DNA from: Octopus vulgaris
Taxonomy: Eukaryota
Length of the DNA: 64,000 nucleotides
Direction of reading: 5' to 3'
Assembly (NCBI GenBank): GCA_951406725.2
Contig: OX597818.1
Location: 57,908,001-57,972,000, forward strand
Numbering within the stretch: the first letter of the stretch is position 1; every line of letters starts with the position of its first letter. Shown one piece after another: positions 52,993 through 64,000 of this stretch. Under the pieces are notes generated by a model. The model had not been told where the DNA came from, ran no database searches, and worked only from the letters and a program-made list of their open reading frames with translations. The translations under genes were made by a program, and so were the position numbers.

Positions 52993-53755
52993 TATATATT
53001 TAACTAATTGAAGAATAATCTTGTGAAACAGAAAGTATGTGTTTGCATATTATTGGCATTATGACCCAACCGAGGATCTACAAAATCGGTTTCAACACAC
53101 AAGTATGACTCTAGAATCTAGCAAACGAAATAGTAAAAGAAAATATTTTCCCCCAAATACTTAATCACTTCATTAATCAACGCACGCAAGCTTAAGAGAA
53201 GATCTATTTATAAGCTTCAAAAATATAATAATATTGAATACTGTATTGCAATCATATGATATATTTTATTCCGGTCATCAGAACTATGTCTCCGAACAGA
53301 GAGCTTGTAATTCCACACGACTTCGTGGCTCCCACAAAAGTCATCTTATTATAAGCAACTATAATTGTAGCTTGCTCTTTTGTTCATTACTTATTTTATG
53401 ATCTGCGCCTAATTATTTCCATTCCTTCGCTTCTTCTCGCTTTAATTTCTTCATTTCTTCTCATTCTTCATTTCTTCTATTCTTCATTTCTCATTTGCTC
53501 TCTCGTTTAATGAAATTTTTTCTTCTTTTGTCTTGATTTGCTCTTTTTGCCTTCTGTCTCTCCAAATATCGTCAATTATCTAATTACTGTAGATTATCCT
53601 TGACTCCAGGTTCACGTAATTTGAATATTTTGATGTATGCACACGTAAGCATACACTTTTCACACACACACACACACACTTATACAATTATATGCGTACA
53701 TATATATATGCACATGTGTATCTGTGTATGTTTATACATACGTACATACATACAT

Positions 53756-53814
<59 letters not shown>

Positions 53815-53847
53815 GTATGTATGTATGTATGTATGTATGTATGTATA

Positions 53848-54060
53848 TATATATACCAATTAAGGACTGAACACGAAAAGTGGACAGTCAACATGCTAGA
53901 TATAGACGTCAAATCGTCATTCTCCACAAAAGATTATGTTCTCAGATCAAACTGAGTTTGATCTGAGAACATAATCTTTTGTGGAGAATGACGATTTGAC
54001 GTCTATATCTAGCATGTTGACTGTCCACTTTTCGTGTTCAGTCCTTAATTGGTATATATA
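53848..54060. repeat. perfect palindrome, 106-bp arms, 1-nt centre (53954)
   Basis: ...ctcagatcaaact-g-agtttgatctgag...; no mismatches seen. Confidence 0.95.
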
Positions 54061-54137
54061 AATATTTTAATCTTCGGATTCTTTTTTAATATGCTAGACC
54101 ACTGGTCTTAATTGATAAATATCAATTTCTACCCTTA

Positions 54138-54266
<129 letters not shown>

Positions 54267-54275
54267 GTATATATG

Positions 54276-54858
54276 TAGGAATGACTGTGTGGTAAGTAGC
54301 TTGCTTACCGACCACATGGTTCCGGGTTCAGTCCCCCACTACGAAGCAACTTGGGCAAGTGTCTTCTACTGTAGCCTTGGGCCGTCCAAAACCTTGTGAG
54401 TGGATTTGGTAGACGGAAACTGAAAGAATGTATGTATGTATGTATATGTTTGTCCCCCCCCCAACATCACCTGACAACCGATGTTGGTGTGTTAACGTCC
54501 CTGTACGGCGAAACAGATCGATAGAATAAGTACTAGCCTTATAAGGCAGCGAGCTGGCAGAAACGTTAGCACGCCGAGCGAAATGCGTAGCCGTATTTCG
54601 TCTGCCGTTACGTTCTGAGTTCAAATTCCGCCGAGGTCGACTTTGCCTCTCATCATTTCGGGGGTCGATAAATTAAGTTCCAATTACGCACTGGGGTCGA
54701 TGTAATCAACTTTATCTGTTTGTCTGTACTTGTTTTTCCTCTCTGTGTTTAGCTCCTTGTGGGCAGTGAAGAAATAAGAATAAGTCCTGGGATCGATTTG
54801 CTCGACTAAAGTCGGTGCCTCAGCATGGCCAGTCAAATGACTGAAACAAGTAAAAGAA
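54276..54858 (+). mobile_element. SINE-A interrupted by a SINE-C tail-2 monomer (54545-54777)
   Basis: SINE-A resumes at agaataagtcctggg directly after gaagaaata. Confidence 0.85.
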
Positions 54859-54899
54859 TGAATATATATGTGTGTGCGCGCGCTTGCGTGTGTGTTTGT

Positions 54900-54937
<38 letters not shown>

Positions 54938-55148
54938 GTAAATATGTGTAGGGCAAAGTCTTCAGATGAAACGTATAACAGTAATCGGTTCATCAACAAA
55001 ATAATAATTTAGTAATAATGCATTGTGCACTAACGTGAATTTTATGTAATTGGTGAATTGTTTGCCAATGTAATCAACGGTTTCTTTCTAACGTTAGGTA
55101 TCATACAAGTCGTATGCGGTAAATGCTACCATCGCACAAAATTCACAT

Positions 55149-55238
55149 AGGCGCAGGAGTGGCTGTGTGGTAAGGCCCACCAATGCCTTGTGAGTGGATT
55201 TGGTAGACGGAAACTGAAAGAAGCCTGTGGTATATATG

Positions 55239-55275
<37 letters not shown>

Positions 55276-55489
55276 TTGTGTGTCTGTGTTTGTCCCTCAA
55301 GCATTGCTTGACAACCGATGCTGGTGTGTTTACGTCCCCGTTACATTAGCGGTTCGGCAAAAGAGACCTATAGAATAAGTACTGGGCTTACAAAGAATAA
55401 GTCCCGGGGTCGATTTGCTCGACTAAAAGGCGGTGCTCCAGCATGGCCACAGTCAAATGACTGAAACAAGTAAAAGAGTAAAGAGAGAG
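55149..55489 (+). mobile_element. SINE-A with B-box region deleted
   Basis: Homology. Confidence 0.88.
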
Positions 55490-55781
55490 ATATACACTTA
55501 TATGTATGTCGGCGTGTTAATCAGAATCGCTCATTAGAGATAATTTTAAAGAAACAGATTTTGTTGCAAATTTTCATACTATCTCTACTAAGATAAGAAT
55601 CGTTAGCACTCTGGGCAAAGTGCTTAGTGTCATTTCGTCCGTCCGTACCTTCCAAGTTCAATTTCTGCAACGTTGACTTTCATTCGTTCGGGATCGATAA
55701 AATAAGTACCAGCTATCTTCGATGAAACAAAATTTGAAATTACTATTAACGTGAATAAGCAGAATCGCGAGTTAGCAGAAT

Positions 55782-56567
55782 ATTTTCTACTCTAGGCCAA
55801 AAAGCGCGAAATTTTTGGGGAGAGGACCAGTCGACAAGATCGATTCCAGTATGCAACTGGTACTTAATTTATCGACACCGAAAGGATGAAAGCCAACGTC
55901 GACCTCGGCGGAATTTGACCTCGGAACATAAAAGACAGAAGAAATAAGCATTTCGCCCGGCGTGCTAACGTTTCTTATTTCTTTATTACCCATAAGGGTA
56001 ATAAAGGAGACAAACAAGGACAGACAAACGGATTAAGTCGATTACATCGACCCCAGTGCGTAACTGGTACTTATTTAATCGACCCCGAAAGGATGACAGT
56101 AAAGTCGACCTCGGTGGGATTTGAACTCAGAACGTAGCGGCAGACGAAATACCTATTTCTTTACTGCCAACAAGGGGCTAAATACAGAGAGGACAAAAAA
56201 GGACAGAGAAACAGATTAAGTCGATTATATCAACCCCAGTGTATAACTGGTACTTATTTAATCGACCCCGAAAGGAACACAGTAAAGTCGTCCTAGGTGG
56301 AATTTGAACTCAGAACATAACGGCAGACGAAATACCTATTTCATTACTACCCACAGGGGGCTAAACACAGAGGGGACAAACAAGGACAGACAAACGGATT
56401 AAGTCGATTATATCGATCCAAGTGAGTAACTAGTACTTATTTAATCGACCCCGAAAGGATGAAAGGCAAAGTCGACCTAGGCGGAATTTGAACTCAGAAC
56501 GTAACGGCAGATGAAACACCGCTAGACATTTCGCCCGGCGTGCTAACGTTTCTGCTTCTCGCCGCCT
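55782..56567 (-). mobile_element. SINE-C tetramer (three tail-2 units, terminal tail-1 unit)
   Basis: ~183-bp period; junctions 56336/7, 56153/4, 55975/6. Confidence 0.9.
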
Positions 56568-57067
56568 TAGTCGAAAGGAATATTATCGTGTTATAGGCGC
56601 TGATCTGGTAGAATTGTTATTACGCTGGACAAAATATTCGCGATATTTCTTCCGGCTGTACTTTCTGATTCCAAATATCAACGTGGGTGTTTATATTTTC
56701 ATCATTAATAAATAGGTGCTATTAAGTTGGACATGGCCTGGGCCAATAATGGCCGAAACCTATCAAAGTATCAAAGATACTGAGGACAATGTAATCAACT
56801 TGCCCCTCCCCCAAATCGTCCAGGATTGTGCTATTTTAGAATGAGTGTTAACACATTCCATACAACTTCAGTGAAAATTCTGGGATTATTATTCTCTTTC
56901 AATCAATCACTTGTAAACGGTCTTTCCAGATATCAACATGCAATGTTCCCCTTTAAGTTGGGGAAAAGTATATATGAGATATACGAAGAGACTATGCACT
57001 TTATTGGCTGAATATATCGATGTAACTGTCTGAATTTCTATATATAAATCTCTGTATAAATGCTTTA

Positions 57068-57103
<36 letters not shown>

Positions 57104-57270
57104 TTTCATGCACACTATCATAGATAAATATATAAAAATAAGATAAACAGTTGGATACGGTTATATAATATACAATAAATAATCTTGATTTATGTAAATA
57201 GTCTGATTTTAGATGATCTGTTATCTCTCGCTCTCTCTCTCTCATATTTCATGTGTCTATCAATCCATCC

Positions 57271-57328
<58 letters not shown>

Positions 57329-57337
57329 GTGTATGTA

Positions 57338-57373
<36 letters not shown>

Positions 57374-57578
57374 AATCTATCTATTTATCTATCTGTCTGT
57401 CTGTCTGCCTGTCTATTTATATATAAATATATATATGTATATATATATATATATGTATGTATGTATATATATATGTATCTGTCTATCTGTCTATATCTAT
57501 ATCTATTTCTATCTATTTATATATAAATATATATATGTATGTATATATATATATGTATGTATGTATATATATATGTAA

Positions 57579-57918
57579 GGATAAAGACCCCCTTCGGTCA
57601 TGAATGACCATGGGATTGCACCTAGAAAGTTACCCTCCTAGACACAAGTCCGGGCAAGGTTGTTTATGGAAGACCAGCAGTCGCCCATGCATACCGGCCT
57701 CCCCTCTCCACGCCACCAGTGTTATCCAAGGGAAAGACAAAGGTCGATACAGTTGGCACCAGTGACGTCGCAACTCATTTCTACAGCTGAGTGAACTGGA
57801 GCAACGTGAAATAAAGTGCTTTGCTCAAGAACACAACACGCAGCCCGGTCCGGGATTCGAGCTCACAACCTCACGATCGTAAGCTCGACGCTCTAACCAC
57901 TGAGCCATGCGCCTTCAC
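57579..57918 (-). mobile_element. SINE-D inside microsatellite
   Basis: Near-identical to 11509-11849. Confidence 0.9.
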
Positions 57919-58684
57919 ATATATATGTATGTATGTATATATATATGTATGTATGTATGTATATATATATATATATACACACATATATCTGTTTGTATAC
58001 ATACCTACATACACACACAGCAAACACACACACACACACATGTGTACACAGACGCGGAAGAACGCATGCACACACACACACGCAGACATACTGTGAGCCG
58101 GAAGTTAAGATCGATTGGTGCCTAGATACAAGGCAACAGATATAAATACAGTTCACAAATTATGAGATAACTTTAATGGAAACTTCATACATATATCTTA
58201 TTTCCATCAAAATATCCCACATACATCCGCGAAATGCTTCGTTCAGCAATTTCCCCTGATGTCTATTATATGTTTCCTGAATAGCAGCTCCAACTTCTTT
58301 CAGTTAAATCAAACTAAGCTGAGATTCTGTCTCTGAATCTCTCACGCACCTCCTTCCATCTGTTTCCCTTCGTCCCTCTTGCTCCCTCTATTTCATAAGC
58401 TTATAAAAGCACTTCCTGTATCAACAAATACCCATCTGTATTGAAATGAAATGAAATGAAATGCTTACGCCATGGCTAATAAATACAATTGCAAATTGAT
58501 CCCTGTATGTGTCTGCTGACATGTTTTGGAAATGTCATGTATGACGTACGTTAGAGTAACACAGGTTCGTCTTCCTTGCTGATTTATGGAAGCATTCGAA
58601 CTAAATGCAGTTGCTTGTCCGCCAGTGTGCATGAATTCATTTATATTATTTGCATTCTTATGTATATTTAAATTTCCCCCTGCA

Positions 58685-59233
<549 letters not shown>

Positions 59234-59957
59234 GCCAATGTTTGCATTATATTGAAAAGACTACATCTTATTATATATGGAAGACAGAGGATGCTATGAA
59301 AATGCAGATTTCATCTCAGCTTGAAGACATTATATCACATGTATATTACGAAGACGGATGTTAGAAAGAGAAAAAAAATATCGATGAGAATAATAAACTT
59401 TATGCGGAATATACTGCGTTTCAGTTTGTTTTTTTCTTTCCGTTTTTATAGGTTGCACCTAAATTAAATGAAATACCAAGTTAGTTTCCGTCATCCTCAT
59501 CACCCTCATCATCATAGCAATGCATTGCTTTGAGGTCAACATCGTATGTGGATATTGTACTGATGTATATTAATTCATAAACATTGTGTAATCCAATACT
59601 AAAGTAAGTAACATGCTCAAACATGTTCAGACTTAACATTCAATTCGAATAAAAAAAAATATATGCGTAATTGAGAGAAAAAACCCCCAAAATCTCCCAA
59701 CACGCATTGACATTGAATAGTCTTACTTAAATCCAAATAACAAACTGTTAAGAATAAAGAAATATGTTCTGCTTCTGATGTCCATGTTTCGTTTTATTCA
59801 AATACATACATATTAAGATCTGTATAAATAAATGTCGAACTTACATATATTTTTTTGTTTTATCATCTTTTCTGTTCTTATGCAACTTTTTCAATCATAC
59901 CTAACTGACAGTAAACTTCTGACAAGAATATCCTATCCACGTACATACGTCGCATTA

Positions 59958-60020
<63 letters not shown>

Positions 60021-60243
60021 TTATATATAAGTGATGTTTGTAATCAGAGCTCTATGAGTACATTGTCAAAAGTGCATCGCAAGCAGTTCTATATTTTTAT
60101 ACTATATTATGCAGCTAAAAGTTTTTCGATGTATAAACAGCATATGTATAAAAGCCGCAGGTCAATGTTTAATCCATAAAAGAAGTAACCAGTTTCGTTT
60201 AAGAGAGAAGAAACTTTAAATTATTTCCACATCAATATAAATT

Positions 60244-60643
60244 GAGTGGCTGCGTTGTAAGTAGGTTGCTTACCAAGCACATGGTTCAGGGTTCAGTCCC
60301 ACTGCGTGGCACTTTGTGCAAGTGTCTTCTACTATAGCCTTGGGCCGACCAAAGCCTTGTGAGTGGATTTGGTAGACGGAAACTGAAAGAAGCCCGTCGT
60401 ATATATGTATATATATATATGCGTGTGTGTATTTGTGTGTCTGTGTTTGTCCCCCTAGCATTGCTTGACACCTGATGCTGGTGACTTTATGTCCCCGTTA
60501 CTTAACGGTTCGGTAAAAGAGACCGATAGAATAAGTACTGGGCTTACAAAAGAATAAGTCCCAGGGTCGAGTTGCTTGATTAAACGCGGTGCTCCAGCAA
60601 GCCGCAGTCAAATGACTGAAATAAGTAAAAGAGTAAAAGAGAA
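60244..60643 (+). mobile_element. SINE-A
   Basis: Homology. Confidence 0.9.
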
Positions 60644-60666
60644 TGTATATGGGGGATAAATTGGTG

Positions 60667-60810
60667 GCACTCCGTCAGTTGCGACGACGAGGGTTCCAGT
60701 TGATCCGATCAACAGAACAGCCTGCTCGTGAAATTAATGGGCAGATGACTGAGCGACCACAGACACGCGGACACTTAACGTAGTTCTCAAGGATATTCAT
60801 CAAGATACAG
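60667..60810 (-). mobile_element. SINE-B-type 3' fragment
   Basis: gcactccgtcagttgcgacgacgagggttcc. Confidence 0.8.
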
Positions 60811-61040
60811 AATCCATATAAACATAATACGTTTTATGTAGTGAAATAATTACACCACCCAGCTTTACATTAATTAAAGAATGTCAAAATTAATCAATTA
60901 CCATAATTAGAGAAACAGTTTTGAAAATCGGAGACACAAATTATATCCAAAACACGCGAGAAATGCTAACTCTTGAAAATGACATTTACTTTGAGAATAA
61001 CACATAGTACAGAGTCTGGGAATAGATACATCGTAAATCT

Positions 61041-61424
61041 GTGGAGGCGCAATGGCCCAGTGGTTAGGGCAGCGGACACGCGGTCATAGGATCGCGGTTT
61101 CGATTCCCAGACCGGGCGTTGTGAGTGTTTATTGAGCGAAAACACCTAAAGCTCCACGAGACTCCGGCAGGGGATGGTGGTGATCCCTGCTGTACTCTTT
61201 CACCACAACTTTCTCTCACTCTTACTTCCTGTTTCTGTTGTGCCTGTATTTCAAAGGGCCGGCCTTGTCACTCTCTGTGTCACGCTGAATATCCCCGAGA
61301 ACTACGTTAAGGGTACACGTGTCTGTGGAGTGCTCAGCCACTTACACGTTAATTTCACGAGCAGGCTGTTCCGTTGATTCGGATCAACCGGAACTCTCGT
61401 CGTCGTAACCAACGGAGTGCTTCC
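61041..61424 (+). mobile_element. SINE-B, full length, 12-bp TSD
   Basis: TSD acatcgtaaatc / acatcgtatatc. Confidence 0.93.
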
Positions 61425-61455
61425 ACATCGTATATCGTATTATATGATATTTAAA

Positions 61456-62055
61456 GGCGGTGAGCTGGCAGAAACGTTAGTACGCCGGGCGAGATGCTTA
61501 GTGGTATTTCGTCTGCCGCTACGTTCTGAGTTCAAATTCCGCCGAGGTCGACTTTACCTTTCATCCTATCGAGTTCGATGAAATAAGTACCAGTTACGCA
61601 CTGGGGCCGATAGAATCGACTTAATCAGTTTGTCTGTCCTTGTTTGTCCTCTCTGTGTTTAGTCCTTGTGGGTAGTAAAGAAATAGGTATTTCGTCTGCC
61701 GCTACGTTCTGAGTTCAAATTCCGCTGAGGTCGACTTTGCCTTTCATCCTTTCAGGGTCGATTAAATAAGTACCAGTTACGCACTGGGGTCGATATAATC
61801 GAATTAATCCGTTTGCCTGTCCTTGTTTGTCCCCTATGTGTTTAGCCGCTTCTGGGTAGTAAAGAAGTAGGTATTTCGCTCTGTCTTTATATTCTGAGTT
61901 CAAATTCCACCGAGGTCGACTTTACTGTGATCCTTTCGGGGTCGATAAATTAAGTACCAGTTACGCACTGGGGTTGATGTAATCGACTTAATCCGTTTGT
62001 CTGTCCTTGTTTGTCCCCTCTATGTTTAGCCCCCATTGTGTGTAGTAAAGAAATA
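61456..62055 (+). mobile_element. SINE-C trimer (one head, three tail-2 units)
   Basis: Units start at 61503, 61686 and 61870, each at ggtatttcg. Confidence 0.92.
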
Positions 62056-62929
62056 ATATTATATACTATTTAATTCAAATCGTTTAAACCGAACCGTGAC
62101 TAACAAAACACATTTGAAACAATTGCTGCTTCGTAAAAGGAATGATATAAAAATATATATCGCTTAATTTCCACAGCAAACCATCAAGAATACACAATTA
62201 TAAACATGATTCCTTTCGAACAATTCTACGATATTACAGTGAAAGATATCATGATGACATGTCATAGCAGTGGCAATATATTCGTGCTGTACAGATATCC
62301 AGCTACTGTTTGGCAAATTCCCTTTATACACTTCGGTTTATCAATTTTACATTATACTTTCGCATTTCTTTTTTATTCATTAACATATCTGATAGAACTG
62401 CGAAGAGATTTTGTTTACTTTAATTGTGTTTCACGTTTTTTCAAGTCACCTTGTATAGTGTTTACTGAAGAAACCAAAATAGCATCCATGTTTGAGATAA
62501 GACGATGTACAATTAAGTTTTAGATAAAGCGAGGCTTTAGCATGATTACAATAGGCTGGAAGCGTTACTGCCAACAGGGATTAATAGTTAAATATACAAT
62601 AATAACAATTTATCGCCTGAAAATATTGCTAATCTCAACGAATTTCTTTTCAATAAGACTGAAATGTGATCCTATAATCTACACATGTTTTCTAAAAGAA
62701 TTCTAGAACAATTTCAACATAAGTGCAATTTATTCATAGATGAACATGTATATGCTACAAAAACTCATCGTATACACATCGAAATGCAGACTGACTAAAA
62801 TATTTAGTATGGGCATGGCATACACAGACACAGAAATAATATATGTATGTATGACTGCTTGTATGTATGTCTGTATGTATATATGTACGTTTGTATGAAT
62901 GCATGTGTGTGTGCATGTAAATATGTACG

Positions 62930-62960
<31 letters not shown>

Positions 62961-62991
62961 GAAAGAATTAACAAAATTCCTTTATTTTATT

Positions 62992-63070
62992 TTCGACATA
63001 TGTTTCGAAGGGTGCATATTCCTAATTTCGAAGGAATAAGGGGTGCGTTATGCTGCCTTCTCATCAGGAA
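62992..63070 (-). ncRNA. type I hammerhead ribozyme with enlarged stem II
   Basis: uuc-CUGAUGA-GAAGG-[44 nt]-CCUUC-GAAA-CAUAUG-UC-gaa; canonical core, GUC triplet, palindromic stem III. Confidence 0.82.
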
Positions 63071-63279
63071 CTGTAGGGAACTTGTGTCAGCATCAAGATG
63101 CACAAAAATTCAAAAGAAACACATAAATTTCCACACGATAGCACGTGATCTCTGCCCTAGGCATGTAGCTTCAACCGTGTTTTTCTGACGTGACGTGAAT
63201 TTGCTACCCAGGTATCGGTTAACCGAATTATCCATAATAAGATAATTCAATCAATTATATATATATATTTATATATAAT

Positions 63280-63554
63280 AAAATACGAAATGGGACAAGA
63301 ACGCAAAGCATCAGGACAACTAGATGACACAAAAAGGGACAACAAAACATCCAGATAGACAAGATACAAAAAAAAGGACGGGTCATTCGAAGCCTTATAT
63401 CTTCAGTAAAGAACCGGATCAACCTCATAATTTCGGTTGATTAATCTTGAGATTGTTCCAATCGGACCAGCCCCAAGGAAAAACTAATCTAAGAACATAA
63501 GATTCCTTGGAAAAAAGCATCGAATGTATACGAAAACAAGGACGGAAAAACAGA

Positions 63555-63555
<1 letters not shown>
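63280..63555. mobile_element. unclassified (TA)n-flanked repeat
   Basis: Homologous to 9700-10050. Confidence 0.75.
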
Positions 63556-63603
<48 letters not shown>

Positions 63604-63778
63604 AAAGTAAGATAGGGGTTATGGGTGTAACCCACTATGGGATATCAATTATACAATATACTGTTGGTAAAGTACCCACATTCTTAATACATAATGTTTT
63701 TAATTGTAATGCAATTAACTTATTTATTGTATTAAACGGGTGAAGGTAAAGAAATATTTTTACCGTAAATTTATAATA

Positions 63779-63913
63779 CAAATAAGAAAATGGAGAAAGA
63801 AATTTGGTTTGTTCATCAACTTACACATAAATTTGTAAAATGAATAAATAATCGAACATTATAATATCTGTAAGTTGATGAACAAACCAAATACCAAATT
63901 TGTTTCTTATTTG
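63779..63913. repeat. inverted repeat with 24-bp perfect core arms, abutting (TA)n
   Basis: atttggtttgttcatcaacttaca / tgtaagttgatgaacaaaccaaat; caaataagaaa / tttcttatttg. Confidence 0.85.
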
Positions 63914-63917
63914 AATG

Positions 63918-63948
<31 letters not shown>

Positions 63949-64000
63949 TCAATATAGGGTAGCAAAAAAAATTTTGTAGAATTCTTTTGCCACCAGCGGC

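Noticed and set aside
53960-53997. Hammerhead-like gau-CUGAGAA-CAUAA..UUGUG-GAGA inside the palindrome
   Set aside because: Several invariant core positions and the cleavage triplet deviate
55782-56567. Regularly spaced repeats resembling a CRISPR array
   Set aside because: Whole units repeat with no unique spacers; eukaryotic context; no cas genes
58320-58460. CT-rich tract with TATAAAAG (a similar case near 39040) as a promoter
   Set aside because: Common in AT-rich DNA; no downstream gene seen
61045-61118. tRNA-like sequences at SINE heads
   Set aside because: Continue into SINE bodies with TSDs and lack a proper cloverleaf end; not tRNA genes

Overview
AT-rich, microsatellite-dense animal DNA, either intergenic or a large intron. 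The repeat families suggest an octopus genome; this is an inference. I could not recognise any host-gene exon, and almost all listed ORFs are microsatellite or SINE artefacts. The window is a collection of mostly decayed transposons: four tRNA-derived SINE types (called A-D here) with over 35 copies or fragments, a 5'-truncated frameshifted CR1-group LINE plus three 3' fragments, an R4/Dong-like relic, a Penelope-like GIY-YIG relic, three Tc1/mariner relics, a non-autonomous Helitron and an hAT MITE. The most notable observations are: (1) canonical and variant-core hammerhead ribozyme motifs beside (TA)n tracts, often in inverted repeats; (2) SINE-C tandem arrays in which 6 of 7 junctions fall at one nucleotide in the loop of the SINE's own stem-loop, suggesting self-targeted insertion; (3) Tc1/mariner-type TIRs enclosing almost only SINE DNA; (4) SINE 3' tails matching LINE 3' ends within the window; (5) a perfect 213-bp palindrome. 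Coordinates were read by eye and may be off by a few bases.
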